Under the pieces are notes generated by a model that saw nothing but the letters and a program-made list of their open reading frames with translations, was not told the DNA's origin and did not search any database. From the IMG/VR virus record IMGVR_UViG_3300042940_000551, positions 100 to 64,099 of that record: a DNA stretch of 64,000 nt; one strand, 5' to 3'. Origin of the DNA: a virus. Its lineage: Duplodnaviria; Caudoviricetes. Positions 34,808 to 45,055 of the stretch are shown here, piece after piece (the stretch's first letter is position 1; every line of letters starts with the position of its first letter). A program made the translations under genes and the position numbers.

Positions 34808-36742
34808 ATGTCAAAAACTATTGCAAACCCATACGAAAATTTTATTGCGTTGTCTCGATATGCAAGATGGATTCCAGAAGAGAATCGTCGTGAGACATGG
34901 GGTGAAACAGTAAATCGATATTTTGATTTTATGTTAAACCACCTAAAAGAAAATCATAATTATATTCCAGACGAGAAGATTGTAGCGGAATTAAAAGACG
35001 GTGTATTCCAAAGAAATGTAATGCCTTCAATGCGTTCAGTTATGACATCTGGAGCCGCATTGGAAAGAGATAATGTAGCAGGATACAACTGCTCATTTGT
35101 TCCAGTAGACAATCCAAGATCATTTGATGAAACAATGTATATCTTGATGTGTGGAACTGGTGTAGGATTTTCTGTAGAATATAAATATATTAATAAGTTG
35201 CCATCCGTCCCAGATTCTTTTGAGAAATCAGATACAGTAATTGTTGTAGAAGACTCTAAGCAGGGATGGGCAAAAGCATATCGTGAGCTACTTGCATTGC
35301 TATGGACGGGACATATTCCAGCAGTTGATGTTAGCAAGGTTCGTCCAGCAGGTGCTCGTTTGAAAACTATGGGAGGTCGTTCTTCAGGACCACAACCACT
35401 AATTAATCTTTTTGATTTTACAATTGCTAAATTTAAAAATGCGGCAGGTCGTCAATTAAAGCCAATTGAGGCACATGATATTATGTGCAAGATTGGTGAG
35501 GTAGTAGTAGTTGGAGGAGTTCGTCGCTCAGCAATGATTTCTCTTTCTAACATTAATGATATTGAAATGGCTGCTGCTAAATCTGGAAACTGGTGGGAAA
35601 ATAATCCACAACGTGCATTATCTAATAACTCTGTTGCTTATTCACGCAAACCAGAGATGGAGCAGTTTATTGCAGAATGGAAAAATCTTTATGACTCAAA
35701 GTCTGGAGAGCGTGGAATCTATAATGTTGCCGCCGCTCAAGCGCAAGCAGCTAAATATGGACGAAGGGATCCTGAAGTACATTACGGGACGAACCCTTGC
35801 TCAGAAATTATTCTGCGTCCTTATCAGTTTTGTAATCTTTCAGAAGTCGTACTACGTGAAAAGGACACAGTTGAAGATGTATCAAATAAAGTACGCCTTG
35901 CAACAATTCTTGGAACGTGGCAGGCTACACTAACTGATTTCAAGTATCTTCGTAAGATTTGGAAAGACAATACAGAAGAAGAGCGCCTTCTAGGGGTTTC
36001 TCTAACAGGACAATTCGGACATAAGTTTTTTTCAGGTAAGCAGGGGCTAGATAAGCTAGAAAAGACTCTTTCGGGTCTTCGTGAGTATGCAAGAGAAATT
36101 AATAAAGAAGAAGCGGGGAAAATTGGGATTCCTGAGTCTGCAGCTATTACATGTGTAAAGCCTTCTGGAACAGTGTCTCAATTGGTCGGGGTATCTTCAG
36201 GAATGCATCCTTGGCATTCACAATATTATATTCGTACAGTTCGTGGCTCAAAAGGAGACCCTATCTCAACATTCTTAAAGGAAGTTGGTATTCCAGTAGA
36301 AGATGATGTAATGAAGCCAAACGACACATACGTATTTTCATTTCCAGTAAAAGCACCAGAAGGTGCAATTACAAGATCTGATTTAACAGCACTTGATCAC
36401 CTAAACACTTGGTTAGTTTATCAACGTGCATGGTGTGAGCATAAACCATCTATTACAGTTTCTGTAAAAGAAGAAGAGTGGATGGAGGTAGGCGCATGGG
36501 TGTACAAGCATTTTGATGAGGTGTCTGGAATTTCATTCCTTCCTCATTCAGACCATACCTACAAGCAGGCTCCATATCAAGAAGTTGACAAGGCAGAGTA
36601 TGACGCCTTAGTCGCAAAAATGCCTAAAGATATTCGCTGGGAAGATTTATCATTTTATGAGACAGAAGATGGAACATCTACGAACGCCACCCTTGCCTGT
36701 AGCTCAGACGGCAATTGTGAGCTTGTAGACATTTCCGCCTAA
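34808..36742 (+). CDS. nrdJ: class II (B12-dependent) ribonucleotide reductase
   Basis: NVAGYNC, GTNPCSEI, CNLSE, TCVKPSGT, C-terminal Cys pair. Confidence 0.93.
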   Translation: MSKTIANPYENFIALSRYARWIPEENRRETWGETVNRYFDFMLNHLKENHNYIPDEKIVAELKDGVFQRNVMPSMRSVMTSGAALERDNVAGYNCSFVPVDNPRSFDETMYILMCGTGVGFSVEYKYINKLPSVPDSFEKSDTVIVVEDSKQGWAKAYRELLALLWTGHIPAVDVSKVRPAGARLKTMGGRSSGPQPLINLFDFTIAKFKNAAGRQLKPIEAHDIMCKIGEVVVVGGVRRSAMISLSNINDIEMAAAKSGNWWENNPQRALSNNSVAYSRKPEMEQFIAEWKNLYDSKSGERGIYNVAAAQAQAAKYGRRDPEVHYGTNPCSEIILRPYQFCNLSEVVLREKDTVEDVSNKVRLATILGTWQATLTDFKYLRKIWKDNTEEERLLGVSLTGQFGHKFFSGKQGLDKLEKTLSGLREYAREINKEEAGKIGIPESAAITCVKPSGTVSQLVGVSSGMHPWHSQYYIRTVRGSKGDPISTFLKEVGIPVEDDVMKPNDTYVFSFPVKAPEGAITRSDLTALDHLNTWLVYQRAWCEHKPSITVSVKEEEWMEVGAWVYKHFDEVSGISFLPHSDHTYKQAPYQEVDKAEYDALVAKMPKDIRWEDLSFYETEDGTSTNATLACSSDGNCELVDISA

Positions 36743-36811
36743 ACGTAGTACAATATAATTGGGGTAAAACCCAAAATTCCTGGGCACAATGCCCAGAAAT
36801 AGGAGGATCTA

Positions 36812-37039
36812 ATGCCAAAGCAAGATCTAAACAATGATGGAAAGGTAACAATGCAAGAGAAAATTCTAGCAGCGTTAGCAAGCTATGGTCGCCACTTCCT
36901 TGGCGCAGCCATTGCTCTTTACATGACTGGAAACACTGACCCAGGAGATTTAATCAAGGGCGGTATTGCAGCATGTCTGCCAGTTATACTAAAGGCACTT
37001 AACCCTAACGAAAACAGTTTCGGGTTTACCAAGAAGTAA
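36812..37039 (+). CDS. small membrane protein (holin-like)
   Basis: Two short hydrophobic segments; AGGAGG RBS. Confidence 0.55.
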   Translation: MPKQDLNNDGKVTMQEKILAALASYGRHFLGAAIALYMTGNTDPGDLIKGGIAACLPVILKALNPNENSFGFTKK

Positions 37040-37052
37040 TTCTAAAATCAAT

Positions 37053-37095
37053 TAGGAACGCTCCTATGCTAAAATTGGTATAGGAGTTTTCCTAT
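37053..37095 (+). terminator. hairpin terminator overlapping an extended -10
   Basis: taggaa..ctcctat-gctaaaattggt-ataggag..ttccta. Confidence 0.65.
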
Positions 37096-37111
37096 TAGGA
37101 GAGTTTAGAAA

Positions 37112-37462
37112 ATGGCAGGACAAAAAAACTGGGAAGTAGATCAAAACACTACCTTCTCTTTTATTGTAGAATATAAAGATCCAAACGATCTTCCAATTTC
37201 CCTTGTCGGGGCAACCGCAAAACTACAGGTTCGTGATACCAAAGGCGGTAGCAAGCTAGCATTTACTCTCACATCACCAAGCACTGGTGGAATCACAATA
37301 GACCCAGCACTTGGCAAGATAACTATTAAGATGACCCCTACTCAAACTAACAAATTATTCTATCCAAAATCTTCATACGATTTAATGGTCATCGATTCTA
37401 ATGGTAATAAAATAAAATTGCTTGAGGGATTCCTTACATTAAATAGATCGGTTACAATCTAA
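37112..37462 (+). CDS. virion structural protein (BppU-N-like beta domain)
   Basis: DQ..TF.F...Y.D...PI.L.G.TA.LQVR, YDL. Confidence 0.65.
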   Translation: MAGQKNWEVDQNTTFSFIVEYKDPNDLPISLVGATAKLQVRDTKGGSKLAFTLTSPSTGGITIDPALGKITIKMTPTQTNKLFYPKSSYDLMVIDSNGNKIKLLEGFLTLNRSVTI

Positions 37463-37926
37463 TGCCAATTATCAACAGCGATAATATTCCAAAAGTTGTT
37501 ATTACAGAAACTATTAATGATGTTGTAATATCCAGCCCTGGACCACAAGGTCCTCGTGGTAAAACAATATTAAATGGTAATGGTATTCCAGCCGAGAACC
37601 TAGGTCTTGAAGGAGACTTTTACTATGATAAGATCACAACAAGATTTTATGGTCCAAAACCCACAGATCTGACATGGGCTGGAGCCTCAAACTACCTTCT
37701 CAATACAGAGATAGCCTTTGAGTATAGCTGGGAAATGGCACTTTTTAATGGACAGTCTGGCCCAGTTTATTCCGTTCCAATAAACCACAACCTTGAATTT
37801 TATCCAAATGTGACGGTAAAAACCAGTGGCGGCGACATATTAGAAACTGGTATAGAGTATAATAATGTTAACACTTTAACACTGACAATGGCTCAACCAT
37901 TCTCAGGGACAGCGTACCTGTCTTAG
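37462..37926 (+). CDS. virion structural/fibre-associated protein
   Basis: PGPQGPRG, G..GDFY, HNL.FYP.V motifs. Confidence 0.65.
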   Translation: MPIINSDNIPKVVITETINDVVISSPGPQGPRGKTILNGNGIPAENLGLEGDFYYDKITTRFYGPKPTDLTWAGASNYLLNTEIAFEYSWEMALFNGQSGPVYSVPINHNLEFYPNVTVKTSGGDILETGIEYNNVNTLTLTMAQPFSGTAYLS

Positions 37927-37939
37927 AGGAGCAAAGTAA

Positions 37940-39160
37940 ATGGCAAGACTATTTGTAACTAGTATTAACCTCAACAAGAATGAGCTTATTAATGCTAGAA
38001 TTCAAAACGTATCATCTGCACCGTCACTTCCAGTAACTGGTCAGATATACTACAACAATTCAGACAATGTAATGTACTATTACAATGGTCGCACAGCACC
38101 AGATGGTCCATGGATTCCAATGTCTGCTTCTACAGAAGCAATTCAGGATATTATTGGATCAACAATTGTTGGCGGAACAGGTATTACTGCGGTCTATGGA
38201 GACCCAGCAGGAACCGAAACAATTTCCATCACCAATACTGGCGTTACAGCAGGAGCATATGGATCAGCAACAAAGATCCCAACATTCACTGTTAATGCTC
38301 AAGGTCAACTAACCTTAGCTGGCGAAGCAGATGTAGCAACAACATTAACAATTAATGGAGATACTGGCACAACTGGTATTTCTCTTCTAACAGAATCTCT
38401 ACAAGTTTCTGGTGGAGAAGGCATTGATGTTACTGTAACAGATAATACAATTACAATTGCTGGCGAAGACGCAAGCACAACAAATAAAGGTGTAGCATCA
38501 TTTGCAGATGCAGACTTCACTGTAGCAAGTGGAGCAGTATCTATAAAGAATGTAAACCTTGGAACTCAAACTACAGGAAACTATGTAGCAGGAATCACTG
38601 GCACAGCCAATGAAGTTACTGTTTCTGGTTCAGGTTCAGAAAATGCTAGCGTTACAATTGGCCTTCCAGACGATGTAACTATCACAAACAACTTAACAGT
38701 TGGCGGTAACTTAAATGTTACTGGAACAATCAACTCAGTAAACACAACACAGGTAAATATCGTTGATAATAAGATCAACCTTAATACCGACTTTACAGGA
38801 ACCCCAACAGCAGATGCTGGTATCCGTGTAGAGCGTGGTGCTTCACCAGACGTTGAGATTTTGTGGAATGAGACAGAAGATAAGTGGACACTTACAAATA
38901 ATGGTACAAACTACCATGAAATTACACGTAAGTTTAAGAAGGACATCCTTCTAGCAGATGCAACAAATGCTCCAGCAAATACAGCGTTTTTATTTACGCA
39001 CAATCTTGGAACAAGAGATGTATCTGTACAAATTTATCAAACTGGCACTCCATATGCTCAAGTCGAAGCCGATGTTGAACACACATCAGATAACACCACA
39101 ACAATTAGATTTGCTGCGGCACCTTCAGACGGAGAATATAGACTAGTAATTGTAGGTTAA
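37940..39160 (+). CDS. fibre-like structural protein
   Basis: G/T-rich beta repeats; GQIYYN; HNLG..DV. Confidence 0.7.
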   Translation: MARLFVTSINLNKNELINARIQNVSSAPSLPVTGQIYYNNSDNVMYYYNGRTAPDGPWIPMSASTEAIQDIIGSTIVGGTGITAVYGDPAGTETISITNTGVTAGAYGSATKIPTFTVNAQGQLTLAGEADVATTLTINGDTGTTGISLLTESLQVSGGEGIDVTVTDNTITIAGEDASTTNKGVASFADADFTVASGAVSIKNVNLGTQTTGNYVAGITGTANEVTVSGSGSENASVTIGLPDDVTITNNLTVGGNLNVTGTINSVNTTQVNIVDNKINLNTDFTGTPTADAGIRVERGASPDVEILWNETEDKWTLTNNGTNYHEITRKFKKDILLADATNAPANTAFLFTHNLGTRDVSVQIYQTGTPYAQVEADVEHTSDNTTTIRFAAAPSDGEYRLVIVG

Positions 39161-39161
39161 A

Positions 39162-40415
39162 ATGTCGAGACAATTTAAGGTCCCAGTTAACCTAGTACAA
39201 CTTACAACAGATCCCTCAACAGCCCTTGCTGGCGACATCTACTTTAATTCAGTAAGCTCTAAAATAAAATTTTATAGTGGAACTGAATGGCTAGAGGTAG
39301 GCGCAGGCGCAGGCGGCGGAACAACCAATCATACACACGATTATAATGGAAACGTAATAGTTGGTGCAGGTGGTTCAATAGTAACCACAGCAACATTTGC
39401 TCCAGGAGCACCAAATAATTTAAATGGTCAAAATGGCGATGTTTACCTTGACATAACAAATTTAAATGTATATGTAAAAGCTTCTGGCGTATGGGGATCC
39501 CCAACAGAAGTAAATGTATATACAAAGGCTGAAGTAGATACACTACTTTCTGGCAAATCTGCTACTGGCCATACCCACACACTTGCAAATATAACAGATG
39601 TTACATCATCTGCAGCAGAATTAAACATATTAGATGGCGCAACACTTAGTACAGCAGAACTTAATATTCTTGATGGCGTAACTGCCACAACAGCAGAAAT
39701 AAATTATATTGACGGGGTAACATCTCCAATACAATCACAATTAGATTTAAAAGCACAGATAAATGATCCATATTTTTCAATCAATACTTCTTCAACCATA
39801 TCTTCCCCAACATATGGATATATGATTCCTAGCGGAAGCGGACAGGGAACTCTTATTTTAACACAGGCCCCATCAATAACTGCTACTGCAAATAACTTTT
39901 ATGTTGGTAAATCTGTTGTAATAAATGTACCGTCATCTAGTAATCCTCAGTATCCTTATTATGGAATAAATGGAACATATACAATTGCTTCTCATTTTAC
40001 TAGTGGGTCTGAACAAGAAACATTTTATTTAAACAATTTTAATATTTCATATAATAGTCAAATGGGTCCAATTGGGTATAGCGGACCAGGTAGCTTTTCT
40101 ATAACACAAAATAACGTAAAGTCTATTACTGCCACCGAAATTGGATATTTAGATGGAGTCGTATCAAACATACAAGATCAATTAGATAGTGTTGGAAATA
40201 GTCTTGGAGACTATATTCCGCTTGCGGCTTTAGGAGTAGCTTCTGGAGTTGCAGAAACTGACGCTAATGGAAACATATTAGTACCAACCTCACCTGCGGG
40301 TGCAGGAATTAAATTTGCAGATAATACAATTCAAACAACAGCAATAAACACCTCGTCTTTTGCGACCTCAAGTCAGCTATCAGATGTTGAAGTTCTAGCG
40401 CTGGCAGGACTATAA
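39162..40415 (+). CDS. fibre-like structural protein
   Basis: AELNILDG repeats, GDIYFN. Confidence 0.7.
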   Translation: MSRQFKVPVNLVQLTTDPSTALAGDIYFNSVSSKIKFYSGTEWLEVGAGAGGGTTNHTHDYNGNVIVGAGGSIVTTATFAPGAPNNLNGQNGDVYLDITNLNVYVKASGVWGSPTEVNVYTKAEVDTLLSGKSATGHTHTLANITDVTSSAAELNILDGATLSTAELNILDGVTATTAEINYIDGVTSPIQSQLDLKAQINDPYFSINTSSTISSPTYGYMIPSGSGQGTLILTQAPSITATANNFYVGKSVVINVPSSSNPQYPYYGINGTYTIASHFTSGSEQETFYLNNFNISYNSQMGPIGYSGPGSFSITQNNVKSITATEIGYLDGVVSNIQDQLDSVGNSLGDYIPLAALGVASGVAETDANGNILVPTSPAGAGIKFADNTIQTTAINTSSFATSSQLSDVEVLALAGL

Positions 40416-40425
40416 GGAGAAATAA

Positions 40426-41520
40426 ATGACACTTAACTATACAAATCTAGAGTCAGTAATAAAATCAAAAATAGAAGGACTAACTGCAACAGTAACTGCT
40501 GCATCCGCTAACGGAACTACAGTAACTTATACAGCAGGAAATAGATTCTCTGCTGGTCAAGTAGTAAGCATTACTGGACTATCAACAGCGGCTTTTAATC
40601 TGTCAAACGTTACTATTGCTTCAGCTACAACTACACAGTTTACTGTTACAAATGCAGCAACTGGAACGGCAGTAACTGGCGCAACAGGTGTTGCAGTAGT
40701 AAATGTAGACACAAAAGAACTTCTTCTTCAGATGAAAGCCCTTGAGACGGCAACAACCAATCTAGGACTTGGAAGAGTAGTTTCAGAAGGAAACTATCAA
40801 TTCAATCAAATCAGTGCCCTTGCTTCACAAACGCTTACAGATATTCAAAATGCTTCAAGCGGTATTTTAGCAAACGCAGCACTTACTGGAATTCCAACTG
40901 CGCCAACAGCGCCAGCTGGGACAAATACAACACAAATAGCAACTACTGCCTATGTAACAAACTCTGTTGCAACAGCAGTTAATAATGTTATTGATTTAGC
41001 ACCAGGAGCATTAAACACACTTAATGAACTTGCTGCAGCTTTAAACGATGATGCGAACTTTGCATCAAATCTATCAACAACTCTGGCTACAAAAGCATCG
41101 CTTACTGGGTCAGAAACTTTAACAAATAAAACAATTTCTGGAGCATCAAACACTCTCACAAATATCCCAAACAGCGCTCTTACTAATAGCTCAATCAGTA
41201 TTAACGGAGCATCGGTCTCATTGGGTGGAACCCTCACAATTGCAGGTACCATTCCGTCTCAGACAGGAAATGCCGATAAGTTCCTCTTTACCGACGGAAC
41301 CACATCATCTTGGCAGACCCAGTCTAACGGAATAATTGCCTCAAATGGAACTACTCAAATCAAAAGACCAGTATTAAACTTCATCGGGGCAACAGTCTCA
41401 GATGACTTGACCAATAATAGGACTAATGTTACTATTGATTCTGGAAACATCTCTGGATTCGGTTTGTTGAGATACATGCAAGATATCACAGGAATTAATT
41501 TCGTAGGAGGAACAATATAA
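40426..41520 (+). CDS. fibre-like structural protein
   Basis: LTGIPTAPTA..GTNTTQIATTA and APGALNTLNELAAALNDD shaft motifs. Confidence 0.75.
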   Translation: MTLNYTNLESVIKSKIEGLTATVTAASANGTTVTYTAGNRFSAGQVVSITGLSTAAFNLSNVTIASATTTQFTVTNAATGTAVTGATGVAVVNVDTKELLLQMKALETATTNLGLGRVVSEGNYQFNQISALASQTLTDIQNASSGILANAALTGIPTAPTAPAGTNTTQIATTAYVTNSVATAVNNVIDLAPGALNTLNELAAALNDDANFASNLSTTLATKASLTGSETLTNKTISGASNTLTNIPNSALTNSSISINGASVSLGGTLTIAGTIPSQTGNADKFLFTDGTTSSWQTQSNGIIASNGTTQIKRPVLNFIGATVSDDLTNNRTNVTIDSGNISGFGLLRYMQDITGINFVGGTI

Positions 41521-41521
41521 A

Positions 41522-41818
41522 ATGCCAAGTTACGACAGTCTATCGACACAAATAACCGCAGTAAAAAATGAAATCGACTCAAGCTTAGCAGCATCTAACT
41601 ATAGTGCACAAGACTTAGTTTTTATTGCAAAAGCATTGGAAACATTGGGATCCATGTTGGGTGTCAACGATATCGTTGCCGCAACAGCAGCTAATGTGAC
41701 CACAATTAATTCAACTGGAACAACAAACGTTAATCTAGTAAATACAGCAAGGACAGCCGCAGTTTCTGACATTGAAAGCAGAATTGCGTTTAATCCGATG
41801 CTACTAATAGGAGTATAA
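41522..41818 (+). CDS. small structural protein
   Basis: Operon position; resembles the N-terminus of 40426. Confidence 0.65.
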   Translation: MPSYDSLSTQITAVKNEIDSSLAASNYSAQDLVFIAKALETLGSMLGVNDIVAATAANVTTINSTGTTNVNLVNTARTAAVSDIESRIAFNPMLLIGV

Positions 41819-41822
41819 GAAA

Positions 41823-42173
41823 ATGGCAACAACATATAAAGTTTTAGGGCAAACAGCCCCATCAGTGGCAACTAATACAGATCTGTATCAAGTGCCTGGA
41901 AATACACAAGCAATTGTTTCAACAATTTCAATTTCAAACACAACATCTGCACAAGCAACATATAGAGTTGCAATTAGACCTGCAGCAGAATCATTAGCTA
42001 CAAAGCACTACATCGTATACGATTCAGCTCTAGCAGCAAACGATTCTATAGCAATTACGATAGGAGCAACACTAAGAAATGCAACATCAGCATTGGGAAC
42101 AGGCGATGTTGTAACAGTTTTCTCTCTAACTGGTGGAGTTTCAATCACACTGTTTGGAACGGAGATTAACTAA
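41823..42173 (+). CDS. small beta-rich structural protein
   Basis: MA..YKVLGQ.AP type. Confidence 0.7.
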   Translation: MATTYKVLGQTAPSVATNTDLYQVPGNTQAIVSTISISNTTSAQATYRVAIRPAAESLATKHYIVYDSALAANDSIAITIGATLRNATSALGTGDVVTVFSLTGGVSITLFGTEIN

Positions 42174-42175
42174 AA

Positions 42176-44686
42176 ATGGCGATTACTAGATTATCTTCAA
42201 CAACATCTGCAACTGGTTTAACAACCGCAGTACCAGCAGGTTTAGGATACATTACAGAAACATCTTTTGCAGGTGGTGGAATTACCGCAACTGGAACAGA
42301 TACAACAAACTACGCAGGACGTAATGCAACAGCAATTGCTTACGGCAACGATACTTGGATTATGTTTGGAACAAAGGGTGCTCACGCTTGGTCACACAAT
42401 GGAACTGAATGGTTTTCTGGAAAAGGTCCTCTCCCAATTAATCAGGGAAGATATTATATGGATTATGTATCAGATGCAATTTATGCAGGTGGACAATGGG
42501 TAGCAGTTACAAGATTAGGCCGTATTTTTACTGGAACTAATCAACACACATGGACAGAAAGAACGTCACCATTCGGTGGTTCATACATTAACAAAGTACG
42601 TTTTGGAAATGGCTACTATGTAGCTGTTGCAAATAACGGAAAGTTTGCATATTCTACAAATGGTATTAGCTGGACACTTTCCAACAACTCAGCATTCTCA
42701 TCAATTCATGATATTTATGCGCTAACATATGCAGCAGGATCAGCTAATAGATGGGTTATGGCTGGAACAAATGGTCGTATGGCTTATTCAACTAACAATA
42801 CACCATTAGCATGGACTGCAGTCACAACTGGATTCGGTACACACACCACAGTTGATGGAAGCTCAACAGTTTATGATTTAGCATATAACGGAACAATTAT
42901 TTTATCTGTTGGTGGAAATGGAAGATTTTCTACCTCTACAGATGGAGTTTTCTGGGACGCTAAAACACAGGTTTCTGGATCTCCAGAACTACATAGAGTT
43001 GTTTGGGCAGCTTCAACATCACAATGGATTGCCGCTTCAGCTGGAGCCACAAGCACATGGTGGTCAGCAACAGGAAATACATTTAACGCAACTTCAGTCA
43101 CATACTCAACTAACTACTTTGGACCTAATGGTTCTGATATGAATAACAGTCAAAACCAGACTATTCCTCTAGGAACAGATGGACAAACTAAGGTTGCTTT
43201 GATGACCTATAACAGCGGAGATCAAATTCTTCAGTTTACAACATCAACATCATTTACAAACCTTGACTCAAGAATTGTAAACTTTGGTAAAATTAGACAG
43301 GACAATGCATCTAATCCAGATTCATGGCAAATGACAGCGCTTCCTGTAGGTTACGGAAACCTTGAAATGATTGCAAAGGGTACAAATAAACTCCTAGCAT
43401 TCCTTGGTCAAAAGAGACTATTTGGTGGATTCCATCTTCTAGAGTCTCTTGACAATGGAAAGACTTGGTTCTCAGCTAGAATAAATTCCGATCCAACAGG
43501 AGCGGGTGCAAATCTTGGAATTGGTTCTGGACCGTCAACTGGTACAGGAACAAAAATGCAAATTGCATTCCTTAAAATTATTAACGGTGTTTGGTTCATG
43601 GGAGCAAACAACGGAACTGTATACACATCACTTGATGGAGAGACATGGCTATCAGAGTTTAACGTAGGATCACATGTTCCAATTACTGTAGAGTATGGAA
43701 ATGATATTTATGTTTGTATTTCAACAGACAATAGAAACTTCTATAGAACATCTGGAGTTCCAAACAAGGCTGCTGGTCAGTCAACAACTTGGACACAGAT
43801 ATCTTGGAACAGCAATGGTGTTCCAGGAGCTACTAACCCTAACTCTCAAGATTTCTCACCTAAGTTTATTAAATGGGTAGGAGAAAAGTGGATTGGTGGA
43901 TGGACAAGAACACAAACTCTTTACCACTCAGCAGATAATGGGGCAAACTGGAGAGCTATCGATGGTAACCCAGGAGACTACATGTCAATGATTGGAGACA
44001 GAGGAACAGTCTGGGGTAACTCAACTTATACCTTTACTTCAACATCTACTCAAATGGGAGATGACTTCATATTTGACTATAACAATGGTGTAGCAATTGC
44101 ATCAATGGGAAATGGTACAAATTCATCTAACTCAGTAATTAACCTTACAATATCAAACAACCTTCAATCATGGTCACACCACTATGGAATGAACGGTAGA
44201 ATTTATAACAAGACCGATAGCGGATTCTTGTGGAATGCTGTTGAATCAACAGCAAGCACCACCGATCAGTTCAACGCAATGGGCCGTTCAGAAGGAGCAA
44301 ACTTCGGTACAATTCCTGGAGAAAGACAGCATGCGTTTAACAATGCAATGGTCCCAGTAGTTCAAGTATTCGGAGATATCCCAATGGCATTCATTGGTAG
44401 AACTGCACGACGTGGAGATTCATCACAAGGTGTAGACGGTGGTGGCTACGGTGGAGGATCACACGGATACGTACAGTTTAGAAACGGTATGAACTTGCCA
44501 ACCGCAAGAGGATACTTTACTAGACAAACACTTAGAGCATATCCATTCTCTAAATTCGTACAAGCAGGAAATATCTTCCTAGCAGTTGGATACTGTGACC
44601 AAGATCAAGGCACACAGCCAAGAACATCAAATGCAGGATACTTCGGAATTTATGAAGTTCCAGCAGTAGACTTAGCGAAGCTATAA
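42176..44686 (+). CDS. large BNR/beta-propeller protein (candidate receptor-binding)
   Basis: Repeated S.DG..W / YGN motifs, 836 aa. Confidence 0.7.
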   Translation: MAITRLSSTTSATGLTTAVPAGLGYITETSFAGGGITATGTDTTNYAGRNATAIAYGNDTWIMFGTKGAHAWSHNGTEWFSGKGPLPINQGRYYMDYVSDAIYAGGQWVAVTRLGRIFTGTNQHTWTERTSPFGGSYINKVRFGNGYYVAVANNGKFAYSTNGISWTLSNNSAFSSIHDIYALTYAAGSANRWVMAGTNGRMAYSTNNTPLAWTAVTTGFGTHTTVDGSSTVYDLAYNGTIILSVGGNGRFSTSTDGVFWDAKTQVSGSPELHRVVWAASTSQWIAASAGATSTWWSATGNTFNATSVTYSTNYFGPNGSDMNNSQNQTIPLGTDGQTKVALMTYNSGDQILQFTTSTSFTNLDSRIVNFGKIRQDNASNPDSWQMTALPVGYGNLEMIAKGTNKLLAFLGQKRLFGGFHLLESLDNGKTWFSARINSDPTGAGANLGIGSGPSTGTGTKMQIAFLKIINGVWFMGANNGTVYTSLDGETWLSEFNVGSHVPITVEYGNDIYVCISTDNRNFYRTSGVPNKAAGQSTTWTQISWNSNGVPGATNPNSQDFSPKFIKWVGEKWIGGWTRTQTLYHSADNGANWRAIDGNPGDYMSMIGDRGTVWGNSTYTFTSTSTQMGDDFIFDYNNGVAIASMGNGTNSSNSVINLTISNNLQSWSHHYGMNGRIYNKTDSGFLWNAVESTASTTDQFNAMGRSEGANFGTIPGERQHAFNNAMVPVVQVFGDIPMAFIGRTARRGDSSQGVDGGGYGGGSHGYVQFRNGMNLPTARGYFTRQTLRAYPFSKFVQAGNIFLAVGYCDQDQGTQPRTSNAGYFGIYEVPAVDLAKL

Positions 44687-44696
44687 AGGAGACAAA

Positions 44697-44978
44697 ATGA
44701 CAGAAAACGTAGAAGACACAGAGGTACTAGATACTCCAGAAATTGGTTATATCGCACCAAGCGAACCAATTGAGGCAGTAGAAGCATCAGTTTCTTTTGA
44801 TGAATACACTCAAGAGATCTCCGAAGATCTTGTTGTTACCACATATGGTGACGGAGTGATTGTTGATCAATCTGGACCGTTTGATAGCGCAGAAAATGCA
44901 CAAGCATTTGGAACATCTTTACTAGATGCTCTATCTGATGAATCTCTCAAACTAAGTCCATTAGCACAAAGAGCATAA
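44697..44978 (+). CDS. acidic hypothetical protein (possible fibre chaperone)
   Basis: AAAGGAG RBS. Confidence 0.65.
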   Translation: MTENVEDTEVLDTPEIGYIAPSEPIEAVEASVSFDEYTQEISEDLVVTTYGDGVIVDQSGPFDSAENAQAFGTSLLDALSDESLKLSPLAQRA

Positions 44979-44995
44979 AAAATTAAATAACGGAG

Positions 44996-45028
44996 CGGGC
45001 CCTAGAGAAATCTAGGGCCTGTTTCTTA
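44996..45028 (+). terminator. intrinsic terminator
   Basis: ggccctaga-gaaa-tctagggcc followed by tgtttctt. Confidence 0.85.
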
Positions 45029-45055
45029 ATGGTAAGGCTGGTATAATATTGATAT

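Noticed and set aside
34808-36742. Intein or intron in nrdJ (also checked portal and capsid)
   Set aside because: Continuous ORFs of normal length with no splicing motifs
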